Assembly (NCBI GenBank): GCA_965261735.1
Contig: OZ253470.1
Span: 608,001-672,000, forward strand
DNA: 64,000 nucleotides
From: Alphaproteobacteria bacterium
GTDB taxonomy: Bacteria; Pseudomonadota; Alphaproteobacteria; SHVV01
Direction of reading: 5' to 3'
The notes beneath the pieces are model-generated. The model did not search any database and was not told the DNA's origin. It saw only the letters and a list, made by a program, of their open reading frames with translations. Positions 52,500-63,685 of this stretch are shown here, piece by piece. A program made the translations under genes and the position numbers. Within the stretch, counting starts at the first letter, position 1. Each line of letters begins with the position of its first letter.

Positions 52500-52882
52500 G
52501 AGTGTGGCTACGCTCCATCACTGTTCCCACCGTCAGCCCGGTGTTCTGGCGGCACTTGCGGCAGCGCAGGACGCCAGGGCGGTTTTCAAAGTGGAACGGC
52601 TCTCCCGCCGTGCCGCAGTGCGGGCAGGCAAAGCCGTCTCCCCAGTGGGCTTTCTCCAGGTAGGCGGCGCAGGCCGCATCATCGGGGAAAAGTCGCTGGA
52701 ACTCGGGTAGCGAATGCGGGAATGGGAGATCGGCGCGGTCGAGAACATCCATGGCGCGCTCCCCTATATCCGGGTTGCGCCCATTCTAGCCCTAGTGGGT
52801 GTGGGTGTAAACCGGATAGGAAAGACTTATTGAACCCGTTTTACTATGAAGGCTCAATCTCCCGCGCCGAACAACACTCTGG

Positions 52883-54121
52883 TTAGTGGACCAGCCTTGC
52901 CTCGGCGAGGCTCGGGGTTCCGCGCTTGCGACCTTTTCCGGCAATCTTCCGCCGCGGGCGACCGCGCGCGGGGCGAAAGGGTGCCGGGGCGGGGCCGTCT
53001 CCGATCACGGTCAGCCGTTGCCGGATCAGAGACTCGATCTGGCCGAGCGAGTCCCGCTCGCCCGCATCGCAGAACGAATAGGCGATGCCGTCGGCTCCGG
53101 CCCGCGCCGTGCGCCCGATACGGTGGACGTAGCTTTCCGGAACGTTCGGCAGCTCGAAGTTGATGACGTGGCTGATATCGTCGATGTCGATGCCGCGCGC
53201 CGCAATGTCGGTCGCGACCAGAACGCGGGCCTCGCCCCGCCGGAAACGTTCGAGGGCCCGCTGCCGGGCGCCCTGGGACTTGTTGCCGTGCATCGCCTCG
53301 GCGGCGACACCGCCCTTCGCCAGCTGGGTCGCCACCCGGTTGGCGCGATGCTTGGTGCGGGCGAAGACCAGCACCCGCGAGAGCGCGGGGTCATCCAGAA
53401 TCTCGGCCAGCAGGCGCTGCTTGTCCCAGGACGAGACGTGGAAGACGCTTTGGCGGATCCGCTCCACCGGCGTCGCCTGCGGCATCTCCGCGACCCGAAC
53501 GGGATCGCGCAGGAAGTCGCCCGCCAGACGCGCCACATCGCGCGGCATGGTGGCGGAGAACAGCAACGACTGCCGCGGCGTCGGCAGGGCCACGAGGATG
53601 CGGCGCACGTCGCGAACGAAGCCCATGTCGAGCATGCGGTCCGCCTCGTCGAGGACGAGATGCTCGACCCGGTGGAGGTCGACGCGGCGCTGTCCCATCA
53701 GGTCCAGCAGGCGCCCGGGCGTGGCGACGAGGATGTCGACGCCACGCGCCAGCGTATCGACTTGGGGCCTCTGGCCGACGCCGCCGTAGATGACCGCAAG
53801 CCGCAGCTGCAGATGGGTGCCATAGGCGGAGAACTCGTTGGCGATCTGGATCGCCAGTTCCCGCGTCGGCGCGAGGACGAGGGCGCGCGGTGCGCGACCG
53901 CGACCGCCGCTATTCGTGCCGGCGAGCCGTTGCAGGATCGGCAACGCGAAGGCCGCCGTCTTGCCGGTGCCGGTCTGGGCGATGGCGAGAACGTCCCGCC
54001 CGGCCATAACCTCCGGGATGGCCCGCGCCTGGATCGGCGTCGGGGTCGTGTGTTCGCGCTCGGCCAGCGCACGTTGCAGGGTCTCGGCCAGGCCGAGTTC
54101 GGAAAACCTTTGGTTGGTCAC
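52883..54121 (-). CDS. DEAD-box RNA helicase (RhlE-like)
   Basis: [39 protein letters not shown]. Confidence 0.95.
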   Translation of the reverse strand: MTNQRFSELGLAETLQRALAEREHTTPTPIQARAIPEVMAGRDVLAIAQTGTGKTAAFALPILQRLAGTNSGGRGRAPRALVLAPTRELAIQIANEFSAYGTHLQLRLAVIYGGVGQRPQVDTLARGVDILVATPGRLLDLMGQRRVDLHRVEHLVLDEADRMLDMGFVRDVRRILVALPTPRQSLLFSATMPRDVARLAGDFLRDPVRVAEMPQATPVERIRQSVFHVSSWDKQRLLAEILDDPALSRVLVFARTKHRANRVATQLAKGGVAAEAMHGNKSQGARQRALERFRRGEARVLVATDIAARGIDIDDISHVINFELPNVPESYVHRIGRTARAGADGIAYSFCDAGERDSLGQIESLIRQRLTVIGDGPAPAPFRPARGRPRRKIAGKGRKRGTPSLAEARLVH

Positions 54122-54831
54122 ATTGTTCCTTGATCGCCCGGCGCGGTCCGTCTTGTCGGGACGGCTGGTTTCGTGCGCACACGCCGGCCGCAGGAGCGGC
54201 CGGCCCGGGTGGGGTTGCTTGTTTCAGGGTCTGATCCGGCGCGAGCTCGTTGCGTCGCGGGGCCAGAAGACGATCTACATGAGTTACATGCGCTCTCGGT
54301 CCGCTAATGTCAATGCGCCCCACCGCCTACGCCAACTTCACCGAGGCGGCACTGGTCAACTTGCCCTTCTGGTCGACGCCTCGGCCGTGGCGGGCTGGAT
54401 CGAGGACCATTTCCGCTCCCCGATACGGGAAGGGCACCTCGAACCGCTGCCGCTATCTTGATTTCCCCAGCTCATGGCCGGCATACATGTGCTGACTCAG
54501 TGTGTCGCTAGCAAGTGGGTTTGGCCGGTTTTGGTAGCACATCATTTGTCCGCTTCTTGTTGTTGCGGTTGGCCCTGTTGAAACTGCCCCTCGTGCGGGA
54601 GATCAATGAGACCGCATCGCCATCTTGGCTATTCGTTCAACATCCGACTTCACATCTTCAACGGAGCTAGCCGCGCTTCGGATTCTGGACATGTGCTCTT
54701 CAATCGCGTTTCTTTTGATTTCGTCTGCGGTGTCACGCAACTCCTTGGAATCTCGTTAAGGTGCTGGTTGACAAGGCTGATGAACTCATCAAACAACTCA
54801 CATCGCCCCACGATCACCTGCTGCAATTCGG

Positions 54832-55251
54832 CTAGTTCTTGTTCCGCTTGCCGATATGAGTCAGAGTGGTTTTGAGCCACTCCACAACACCGTCGGCGAT
54901 CGCTTGGTCAACTTGGAGCGGCATTTCATCCACGTCGCTGACCAACTGATCGTAGGATTCATCAAAGTACGCCTTGAGTGCAAGTGCCAAGCGCCGCCGG
55001 TTCGTACGAGATGCCCATTTCTCTAAAAATATGGGTCGTAGCGCTCGCCGTACGTTTTCATTCTTCGCACCGGAAACCACGTACCCGAATGCCAAGACGA
55101 GGACAGTTGACAATGAGCCGACCAAAATTGCTTTAAACAGACGATCAGATAGCATTGACCAGAAGAGCGCAGATTGATTCGGCGCAAACTTGGAAAACAC
55201 GAACAACACACCCGAGAGCGAAATGGCAACCAAGGCAAAGCGACCGACCAA
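54832..55251 (-). CDS. Hypothetical lower-GC membrane protein, probably a fragment
   Basis: Two TM segments; overlapping downstream ORF 54650-54880 may be a frameshifted continuation. Confidence 0.3.
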   Translation of the reverse strand: MVGRFALVAISLSGVLFVFSKFAPNQSALFWSMLSDRLFKAILVGSLSTVLVLAFGYVVSGAKNENVRRALRPIFLEKWASRTNRRRLALALKAYFDESYDQLVSDVDEMPLQVDQAIADGVVEWLKTTLTHIGKRNKN

Positions 55252-55355
55252 GGTTGCCCTAGCGGATCGAATCTAACACTTGATGCCCTCGTTTGACGGC
55301 GGCGATGATTTTGCCTGGATCGGCGGTCCAGGTGAAGGGCTTTGGGTTGTCGTTG

Positions 55356-56444
55356 GGCTTTGGTGCATGGACCTGAGGATTAGTATACCTGGCTCCGCTT
55401 CCGTCTTTGAGAGTTTGTCATGCCTTTCAAGTTCCACGCATCGCGTCGCCACCATATCCCCAGAGCCAAGTACCGGGTCATGAACTGGCCGGATTATGAC
55501 CGTGGTTTGGTTCGGCGCGGCGACATTCGTTTCTGGATTGATGAGAGCGCCCTGGAGCAATGGGACGCAGCCAAGCGGCGAACTCCTGGTGGCCAGCGGC
55601 GGTTTTCAGAGTTGGCGATTTCCACGACACTGATGCTGGGGGTGGTCTTCAGATTGCCGCTGCGCCAGACGGAAGGCTTTGTGCGTTCCCTCGTGGACTT
55701 GATGGGGTGCGATCTGCCGGTGCCGGATCACACCACGCTGTCGCGGCGGCGGCGAACGGTGGATGTCGTTGTGGAAACCAGCACGAACAAGCGGTCTACG
55801 GATATCGTGCTGGATTCCACGGGCCTGAAATTCTTTGGCGCTGGCGAGTGGGCTCGCGCCAAGCACGGTGAAACGCGGCGCTCGTGGCGCAAGCTGCATA
55901 TCTCGGTTGACCCGGCCAGCAGCGAGATCCGGACGCATGAACTGACCGGTGACGACACGGCCGATGCGACGATGGCGGGACCGCTGGTCGCCGGTTCCGG
56001 TGGGATGATCCGGCGCGTGTTTGCCGACGGCGCCTATGACGGGGAGCCCGTGACAAAAGCGATCCGAGAAGCTCGGCCACCGAATTCACCACCTGAAATC
56101 ATCATCCCGCCACGCGCCACATCCATTCCTCCCCCGGACACGCCTCATGGCGGATCGGAACGGGAGCACCATGCGGCGGAGATCGCGTCGAAGGGAAGAA
56201 TGAACTGGCAGAAACGACAGGGCTACGGATTGAGAGCGCTTGGCGAAACAGCCATGGCTCGCGTCAAGAGGCTCAACGGCGGCAAAGCTCAACGCTCGCA
56301 CATTCCAATCCCAACAAACCGAAATCGCCATGCAGATCGACGCACTCAATCGCTCTATCCGTGCGGCGAAACCAAACACAATCAGGATCCGCTAACCAAC
56401 CGGGGAATGGGCGATCACACAAGTAGGACGGACAACTCATGCAC
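55356..56444 (+). mobile_element. IS5 family (IS903-like) element, frameshifted, right end cut
   Basis: Left TIR GGCTTTGGTGCATG; transposase 55420-56395 with YRVMNWPDYDRGL, LDSTGLK, WRKLH, ADGAYD; partial right TIR CATGCAC. Confidence 0.85.
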
Positions 56445-57241
56445 GGAAAGCGGCAGAACATCCAGCACTCGCTGGCCTTGGACCTAACCGGCCGGGGTGA
56501 ATCCCCGCTCGGCGGACACCAAGGGACCGAACCACCCGTGGCGAAGCCCGACCCCGAAAGCCCGGCCTTGGCGGAGCAGATCATGGAGGAGGTGTGCGAG
56601 CGGGAAAACTGTGAAACTACGTGGAAGCACGTTCGAAAGAACAAGGGCGGTCCCGGTGTCGATGGCATGACCATCGACGCCGTCAGGGACTACCTGCGGG
56701 AGCACTGGCCAAGCATCAGGTCTCAACTGCTCGACGGAACCTACCAGCCCCAGTCGATCAAGAGGGGCGAGATACCCAAGCCGGACGGCGGAGTCAGAAA
56801 ACTCGCCGTCCCCTGTGTCGTCGACAGACTGGTCCAGCAAGCCGTGCAGCAGGTACTTCAGGCGCAATGGGACCCGACGTTTTCCGAACACAGCTACGGG
56901 TTCCGTCCGGGGCGCTCGGTCCATCAGGCGGTGGCACAGGCACAGGCGTACATTGCCGAGGGCTACGGCATCGTGGTTGACATCGACCTCGAAAAATTCT
57001 TCAATCGTGTCAATCAGGACCGACTGATGGCTCGCGTCGCCGAACGGGCCTCCGAGAAACGGGTGCTCAAGCTGATTGGGGCCTTTTTCAAGGCCGGGGT
57101 AATGGAAGACGGGCTGGTCTACCCGGTGGACGAGGGGACCCCGCAAGGCGGTCCGCTTTCGCCTCTCTTGAGCGTCTCGTGCTCGATGAACTCGACAGGG
57201 AACTGACACGACGCGGCCACCGGTTCTGCCGGTACGCTGAC
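56445..57241 (+). pseudogene. Group II intron reverse transcriptase remnant
   Basis: NKGGPGVDG, IPKPDGGVRKL, SYGFRPGRS, DIDLEKFF, GTPQGGPLSPLL; frameshift near 57175; breaks at RYAD. Confidence 0.88.
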
Positions 57242-57546
57242 GTCAGGCAGTCATCGAAGCTCAGAAGACGTGTACTTTGGAAAATCGAGGATCGAGTAGA
57301 GCGACGGCAAACGGACCGCGATCATCCAGATCCCAATCGACGACGGCGGGCGCGCGCCCTGCCGGTTTCCTCTACTCTTGACGATCACATTGGTCGATGG
57401 TACAGGCGCCATCGAACGAACACTGGTTCCGAACGTCGATCGACGCCTGCACCTGCAGGACCGGACAAGGGAGAAAATGTAGTATTTCTCGGCGTTGAAT
57501 ATGAGGGCGCACAATTTGTTCGCCCGTGACAGATAGGGAGGTTCTT

Positions 57547-58029
57547 ATGGCCGTAAATGTTGGCGATCCCGTTCCAGATGTAACACTTGCTGTGATGGGT
57601 CGCTCCGGTCCCGAGCAAGTCTCAACCGATGACCTGTTCAAAGGTAAGAAGGTCGTGGCCTTTGCGGTGCCCGGTGCATTTACCCCGACATGTTCGGCCA
57701 AGCATCTGCCCGGCTTCGTCGCCAACGCCGATGCCATCAAGGCGAAGGGTGTGGACTCCATCGTGTGCCTGGCCGTGAACGATGTCTTTGTCATGGATGC
57801 TTGGGGCAAGGATCGGAACGTCGGTGAGAATGTGACGATGGTGGCGGACGGCAGTGGCGCCCTCGCCGAGGCCTTAGGGCTGGGACTGGATCTTACTGAG
57901 CGGGGTTTGGGCGTTCGCTCCCAACGGTATTCGATGATCGTCGATGACGCCATCGTGAGCGCTCTCAATGTGGACGAGAGCGGCACCTTTGAGGTATCCA
58001 GCGCCGAGAAGATCCTTGAACAGCTGTAG
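57547..58029 (+). CDS. Peroxiredoxin (Prx5 type)
   Basis: VPGAFTPTCS, VNDVFVM.AW, GLGVRSQRY. Confidence 0.93.
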   Translation: MAVNVGDPVPDVTLAVMGRSGPEQVSTDDLFKGKKVVAFAVPGAFTPTCSAKHLPGFVANADAIKAKGVDSIVCLAVNDVFVMDAWGKDRNVGENVTMVADGSGALAEALGLGLDLTERGLGVRSQRYSMIVDDAIVSALNVDESGTFEVSSAEKILEQL

Positions 58030-58160
58030 AAATTAACCGGCCGAGCAGGAGGGGGCCGTTACCGAACCTCTCCTACTCGGCCATTCGTTGAACTCGTTCA
58101 TACTATTCTGCCCATATACATTGCTTGCTCAGCAACCAGTTGGTTGTCCCGGTAGGCTGT

Positions 58161-58262
58161 TGTCAATCGGCGTGCAAAATCGACCCCATCTGAGCGGCAC
58201 GGCGGAAGTTGTCCCGGTAGCCAATAGGGGGGACGCACGTGGCTTCGTGTCGCGCCTTGCGC
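58161..58262 (+). mobile_element. Isolated IS21-type terminal repeat remnant
   Basis: TGTCAATCGGCGTGCAAAATCGACCCC resembles the reverse complement of the IS21 end at 41147-41167. Confidence 0.6.
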
Positions 58263-58265
58263 TAA

Positions 58266-59172
58266 GAGTCGGTTTCGAAAGTCATGGGGCTCGGGCCAAT
58301 TTGCGGACGAGGAGCATGACGGAGGCAGCGTAGAGGAAGGCGCGGGCCGAGGCGATGGTGGCCTCGAAATCCTTTGCCAGTCGCCGGTTGCGGTTGATCC
58401 AGGCGAAGAAGCGCTCCACGATCCAGCGGCGCGGTTGGACGGCGAAGCCGACCTGATCGGGGCTTTTGCGCACGATCTCGACGGCGATCACGGTGGCCGT
58501 GGCGACCTTCTCGCCGGCGTAGCCGCTGTCGGCAAAGACCTTCTCGATGAACGGAAACGAGCCGCGTGAGGCGCACAGCAGCGGCCCGCCACCATCGCGG
58601 TTCTGGATACTCGCCGGATGCGCCTCGAGCACGAGGCCGCGCCCGTCGGTGTCGACCAGCGCGTGGCGCTTGCGCCCCTTGATCTTCTTGCCCGCATCGT
58701 AGCCGCGGGGGCCACCAGCCTCGGTCGTCTTGACGCTCTGGCTGTCGATAATCGTGCCGCTCGGGCTGGCCTCGCGTCCGACCCGCTCGCGATCGGCCAT
58801 GACCAGAGAGTGATTGATCTTCTCAAGGAGGCCGTCGTCGCGGAACTTGGCGAACCAGCGATAGATCGTGCCCCACGGTGGCAAATCGCTTGGCAGCAAG
58901 CGCCAAGGGCAGCCAGCCCGCATCACGTAGAAAATGCCGTTGACGATCTCTCGCATCGGCCATGACCGGGGCCGTCCCGTGCCATGAGCCGGAGGCAAAT
59001 GAGGCTCGATCACAACCCACTCCGCATCGGTCAAATCAGTCTGATAACGCAGCGCCTTGCGGCTATGCTGCTCTCGGGTGGTCGGCGTCCACATGGCGGC
59101 TCCAAATCGGTCTCAACAACCTTCCTGGAATCACATCGACACCGGCCACTCAACCCCTTTCGAAACGGCCTC
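58266..59172 (-). mobile_element. IS5 family (IS1031-like) element, intact
   Basis: TIRs GAGTCGGTTTCGAAA / TTTCGAAACGGCCTC; TAA flanks. Confidence 0.9.
58282..59094 (-). CDS. IS5-family transposase
   Basis: YQTDLTDAEW, GCPWRLLP, IIDSQSVK, FADSGY, RWIVERFFAW. Confidence 0.93.
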   Translation of the reverse strand: MWTPTTREQHSRKALRYQTDLTDAEWVVIEPHLPPAHGTGRPRSWPMREIVNGIFYVMRAGCPWRLLPSDLPPWGTIYRWFAKFRDDGLLEKINHSLVMADRERVGREASPSGTIIDSQSVKTTEAGGPRGYDAGKKIKGRKRHALVDTDGRGLVLEAHPASIQNRDGGGPLLCASRGSFPFIEKVFADSGYAGEKVATATVIAVEIVRKSPDQVGFAVQPRRWIVERFFAWINRNRRLAKDFEATIASARAFLYAASVMLLVRKLARAP

Positions 59173-59251
59173 TAACGCGGAGCGAAGCCGCGTGGGGGGT
59201 TCTCTGTTGATTCACTGCGGCACCCGGGGCGCAGGCACGGCCGGCGTCCGG

Positions 59252-60170
59252 TCAGGAGCGGTTCTTGAAGCGCCAGCTTTCGTTGCCGGTCTCGATGATC
59301 TCGCAATGATGGGTGAGGCGATCGAGTACCGCCGTGGTCATCTTGGGGTCGCCGAAGACGGAGGGCCATTCGCCGAAGGCGAGGTTGGTGGTGATGACGA
59401 TCGAGGTGCGCTCGTAGAGCCGGCTCATGAGGTGGAACAGGAGCTGCCCGCCGGCCTGGGCGAAGGGCAGATAGCCAAGTTCGTCGAGGATGACGAAGTC
59501 GCGTCGGATGAGCTGGTCTGCGGTGCGGCCCTGGCGTTCGGCACGGAGTTCGGCCTCGAGATGGTTGACCAGGTCGACGACGTTGTAGAAGCGGCCGCGT
59601 GCGGCCTTGCGGATGCAGGGCGCCGGCCCCAGGGCAGCGTGAACGTACCGAAGTCCACCTGGCCCTGACGCCCCGCCGGCGTCTCGAACCGGACCAGCGA
59701 TTCAACCGGTTCGCGCGGTCGCGTCGCCCGCACGTAGTCGTTCACGCGAGAGTAGCAGCCCGGGTAGTCCGCAGCGCGGACCTCATCGAAAAGCCGCTTC
59801 GCCGACAGCTTCGGGAACGCCTCAAGACGGGCGTCGATGATCGCCTTGTAGGGGTCCAGCTTGTGGGCCACAGGCGGACGGGGCGAATACCCTCGCGCAC
59901 CGGCCGCCAGATCCCGGTCCAGTTGGCCGGTATCGACCCAATTGTGGATCGTCCGACGGTTCACCCCGAACCGCCTCGACAGCTCCGCCTTCGAGACACC
60001 CCGGTCCAGATAGTGCTTCAACAACATCCTGGTCTCCCATTTGTACATCCGCGCACCGATCCCGCTCTGTTGGCAAAGCCAACAGAGCGGCCCGGGACGC
60101 CTTCAGCGACAAGCCCAAAGTGAGAAATTTTGGGTCGTTACAAATGGGAAATTTACGGTCGCTACCAACA
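59252..60170 (-). mobile_element. Chimeric IS21 remnant: left end and istA 5' part of element 1 fused to the istB 3' part of a type-2 element
   Basis: 59620-60170 is essentially identical to ~8348-8898; 59252-59618 encodes [17 protein letters not shown]. Confidence 0.85.
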
Positions 60171-60171
60171 C

Positions 60172-60374
60172 TACAACACAACGCCCGTGCTCATCGAGAC
60201 CTTCGTCGAAAAGCCGCGATACACCGGCGCCGTCTACAAGGCCTCCGGATGGATCCATCTCGGAACCACCCAGGGGCGCGGGCGCTATGATCGGGACAAG
60301 CTGTACGACAAACCCCCAAGGACATCTGGCTCCGACCCCTGCGAAAAGACTGGAAACGCGCCCTCAATCGCTAG
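60172..60374 (+). pseudogene. DUF4338 (DruA-like domain) C-terminal fragment
   Basis: PVLIETFVE.PRYTGAVYKASGWIHLGTTQGRGRYD. Confidence 0.7.
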
Positions 60375-60540
60375 AATTTGCGGGATCGGATAAGCTCATC
60401 ACGGGCTGACGGAACATTTACACTCCTCCAGCGCCGCGCTGAACTTTCGCCTTTCACCCTGCGCAAGGCTGCGCACAACTTGGAAATAAAACGGTGCCTA
60501 TGTGGTACCTGGACAAGAACAGGGAGCTGTACTAGAAATA

Positions 60541-60578
60541 AAAAACCACGTTATCCTATTGGAATAACGTGGGTTTTT
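60541..60578 (-). terminator. Rho-independent terminator-like hairpin
   Basis: AAAAACCACGTTAT-loop-ATAACGTGGGTTTTT directly 3' of the tRNA fragment. Confidence 0.7.
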
Positions 60579-60622
60579 GGTTGCGAGGGTTGGATTTGAA
60601 CTAACGACCTTCAGGTTATGAG
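60578..60622 (-). other. Degenerate 3' half of tRNA-Met (CAT), likely island att site
   Basis: Reverse complement CTCATAACCTGAAGGTCGTTAGTTCAAATCCAACCCTCGCAACCA; 5' half absent. Confidence 0.8.
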
Positions 60623-60726
60623 TTTGCGTAAGAGTGAAGACGACAATTGCAGTCATACGTGCGCACGGACGCGCTGATGCGTGATAATTGGCTATTTTAC
60701 AAAGGCTTTGTGGGCGGTGCAAAAGC

Positions 60727-60924
60727 CCCGATCAGGCCGGCTTCGCCGTCCAACCGCGCCGCTGGGTCGTGGAGCGCTTCTTCGCCTGGATCAACCGCAA
60801 CCAGCGACTGGCAAAGGACTTCGAGGCCACCATCGCCTCGGCCCGCGCCTTCCTCTACGCCGCCTCCGTCATGTTCCTCGTCCGCAGATTGGCCCGAGCC
60901 GCATGACTTTCGAAACCGACTCTT
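60727..60924 (+). mobile_element. IS5 (IS1031-like) right-end remnant
   Basis: Homologous to 58266-58460; ends TTTCGAAACCGACTC. Confidence 0.8.
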
Positions 60925-61085
60925 AACGTCGACCGTCTCCAATGGGTTACCATGCCGATTTGCTTCGAACGCTAGGGAAGCATTCTTACTCGGGCGCGAG
61001 GGGCTGTGTCAGTCGAACGAAAACTACGTGAAGGCACACGCGGAGTTACCTGAAGACGGTGCTCCGGGACGAGGAAAAGGCCTGA

Positions 61086-62453
61086 ATGAACAGCGATTTG
61101 AGTGATCTGGTCGAGAATCTCCGCGAGGACTTAAGCATCGAGTGCAAGGGATGGCTCGACCTTGCTGACAATCTCCAAAGAGCGAAAATTGCCCGGTATC
61201 TTGCCGCCCTGGCTAACCACGGTGGTGGCTACTTGCTTCTTGGGTTCAGCGACGACCTGACTCCTGACCAACACCGGCCCACGGATGTCAGGATCTACAA
61301 CCGGGATGTATTTTCGGACATTGTCCGTCGCTACTTGACACCCCGGTTTCAGTGCGAGGTCACCCAAGTGACTGCTGCCAATGGCGATGATTTCCCCATT
61401 GTCAGAGTACCTAGACACGGAAGTGTCCCGATCGCCGTCAAAGCGGATGGACCAAAGGGCAGGTCTGGAGGACCGCAGGGCATCAGAGCCGGTGTCTATT
61501 ACATACGGAAACCGGGACCTGAAAGCGCGCCCATCATTGGTGCCGAGGAATGGGCACCCCTGATCAGAAGGTGTGTCTTGAACGATCGTGACGGATTGCT
61601 GCGAGATTTTTCAACCCTGATGCACCAGCGTGACCAATCGATTCTGGACGGCGGGAGACAGTTAGCTAAGTGGCATCGGAATGGCGAACTGCGGTTTCTC
61701 GAGTTGTTGCCCGATGACATCGCGTCTCGATGGCCCGTTTCGATCAACGAAACCCGATACCAGTTGAGTTACCTGATTTCGACCGAAGAAGAAGAGGCGC
61801 TACAGGTCGGGGAACTCGCGCGGATACTGGAAGAGATCAATGTTGAAGTCCGTGCCACCGTTTGGACGGGTTGGAGCATGTTCCACCCGTTTACCAGGCC
61901 TGACATTGCGCCCAAACTGTACCCCGAGAATGTGGATGGACCTGGTGGCGATGTACTGGAGTGCAATTTGCTGGTCGACGGGGAATTCGATATCTCCCTT
62001 CCCGATTATTGGCGTTTGGCGCCAGACGGGCGAGTGACGCTGGTTCGAGCTTACCGGGAGGATCGAGCGCGAAGTGCGACAAGTCTTCAGCGTACGAGCG
62101 GCACGTGGCTGTCACCGGAAACGGTGGTACGCGAAACAACGGAGCTGGTCACCCATGCGAGGCTACTGGCGAGATACTTCGAGGAACCGACGCGGATTTC
62201 CTTTCGATGTACCTGGCTCGGCCTGCGAGGACGGCAGTTCGCGGATTTCGATCCCGCAATCTACTGGGGCCAAGGTCATATCGCATCTGCCGATCGGCGC
62301 ACCACGGAAGGAGAGTGGCCAGTAGCCATGATGGCAGCGTCGTGGAGCAGAATCGTCTCGGAACTCTGCTGTCCAGTCCTCAATCTCTTTGGTTTCACAC
62401 GGTGCAGTGCGGAATTCGTGGAGGGATTGGCCCCCAGGTTTGTGAAATTGTGA
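61086..62453 (+). CDS. Schlafen/AlbA_2-domain protein with unrecognised C-terminal domain
   Basis: EDLSIECK...LAALANHGGGYLLLGFSD, YYIRKPGPES; lower GC. Confidence 0.8.
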   Translation: MNSDLSDLVENLREDLSIECKGWLDLADNLQRAKIARYLAALANHGGGYLLLGFSDDLTPDQHRPTDVRIYNRDVFSDIVRRYLTPRFQCEVTQVTAANGDDFPIVRVPRHGSVPIAVKADGPKGRSGGPQGIRAGVYYIRKPGPESAPIIGAEEWAPLIRRCVLNDRDGLLRDFSTLMHQRDQSILDGGRQLAKWHRNGELRFLELLPDDIASRWPVSINETRYQLSYLISTEEEEALQVGELARILEEINVEVRATVWTGWSMFHPFTRPDIAPKLYPENVDGPGGDVLECNLLVDGEFDISLPDYWRLAPDGRVTLVRAYREDRARSATSLQRTSGTWLSPETVVRETTELVTHARLLARYFEEPTRISFRCTWLGLRGRQFADFDPAIYWGQGHIASADRRTTEGEWPVAMMAASWSRIVSELCCPVLNLFGFTRCSAEFVEGLAPRFVKL

Positions 62454-62459
62454 GGCACC

Positions 62460-63254
62460 ACATGCGCCATGGTGCACATGGGGTGTTGTATGGACGCCTC
62501 CCGGAACGCAAGGACCGATTTGGGTATGACGGGCAGGCAGATTGCAGTTTTGTATCCGGCCTTTGTGCGCGGTGCGATGACCGCTGGCCCTGATGAAGTC
62601 CGCACACCAGGTCCCTCTCAGATCACCGGGCTCGAGCGCCCAGACAAGACTTCGGGTTTCCGGAAAGGCCGTGGCGCCGGTTTGCGCGCGGCGAGACGGC
62701 CCGGATCGTCATGCGCAACGACACCGCCTTCCCGCACGGCATCCACCTGCACGGCCACCATTTCCACGAGTTCCGGGAAGACAACTCCCCCGGCCAATAC
62801 CGGGACCCGAAGGATGAGCGCCGTCCCGACCGAGGTCTGCCAGACGAGGCCCAGCATCTCGGGGGCAGTCATGCCGGAGGCCTCGACCGTCATGGCGGCG
62901 CCCTTGAGGGCGAAGCCGATCCCAGAAGGCCGCAATGACCGTCGTCCATCGCCTCGGTGAGCGCTTGGAAAATACCCGCGCGAACCTGGATCATGGCCGT
63001 CTTTTCGATGCCGAGCTTCATGGCGATCGCGTCGGCGGTCTTGAACCCGATGCCGCGAATGTCGTCTGCGAGGACCGTCTGGTCGCGGACATGATCGAAC
63101 TGCCCGCCCGGCTCCGCTACGCTCCGCCCGTCCCCCAGCGTGGTGGAGATACCGGCAATGCACTAATATTCAACTTGGACCACCCGATGGGGGCTGGTCA
63201 CCACGCGCACGCGCTTCAGTCTGGGAGATGGAAGACTGGGTGGAGGTCGGATGA
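62460..63254 (+). pseudogene. Fragmented multicopper oxidase with foreign inserts
   Basis: MRNDTAFPHGIHLHGHHF copper motif; terminal ..WVEVG* overlaps the cytochrome start. Confidence 0.55.
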
Positions 63255-63685
63255 AGCGCTTCCTGTTCGCTCTCGCGTTTCTGTTCCCGAACCCCGTGCT
63301 GGCCGGACATGAGCTGGAGAATCGCGGCCTTCGGAAAGGGGAGGCCCTGTACAAGGAGCACTGTGCCTCCTGTCACGGAGCAAAGCTCGAAGGCCAGCCA
63401 AATTGGCGGCAGATCGGCAAGGATGGGCTGCTCCCTGCACCGCCGCACGATAGGACCGGCCATACTTGGCATCACGACAACATGCTCCTGTTCGACTACA
63501 CGAAGTTGGGCGGAAAGGCCCTGATGGAAGCGCGGGGCATCAGCGGGCTCAAGAGCGGCATGCAGGGTTTCGGGGACGTTCTGACCGACGACGAAATATG
63601 GGACATACTAGCCTACATCCGCTCGACATGGCCGCAGCGCATCAAGAGGATACAGGCCAGCCGGAACCCTCCTCATGACCGGTAG
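63251..63685 (+). CDS. Cytochrome c (copper-resistance-cluster type)
   Basis: Signal peptide, CASCHG, LPAPPHDRTGHTWHH, LAYIRSTWP. Confidence 0.9.
   Translation: MKRFLFALAFLFPNPVLAGHELENRGLRKGEALYKEHCASCHGAKLEGQPNWRQIGKDGLLPAPPHDRTGHTWHHDNMLLFDYTKLGGKALMEARGISGLKSGMQGFGDVLTDDEIWDILAYIRSTWPQRIKRIQASRNPPHDR

Larger units (their letters stand above)
50317..52824 (-). mobile_element. IS1595-family element copy D, interrupted by IS256
   Basis: TIRs present; 8-bp TSD ACTTATTG (50309-50316, 52825-52832). Confidence 0.93.

Noticed and set aside
55273-55355. Possible IS630-like end next to the IS5 element
   Set aside because: Too short, with no transposase or second end to support a call
56445-57241. 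Reverse transcriptase as a DGR or retron diversifying the adhesin
   Set aside because: Motifs are group II intron-type, it is frameshifted and cut at RYAD, and its ATG comes from the IS5 end. Differences between the adhesin repeat pair I compared are not adenine-specific.
60172-60374. Druantia defence system
   Set aside because: Only a short frameshifted DUF4338 fragment; no other dru genes
60578-60622. Functional tRNA-Met
   Set aside because: Acceptor 5' strand and D-arm missing, T-stem mismatched; treated as an att remnant
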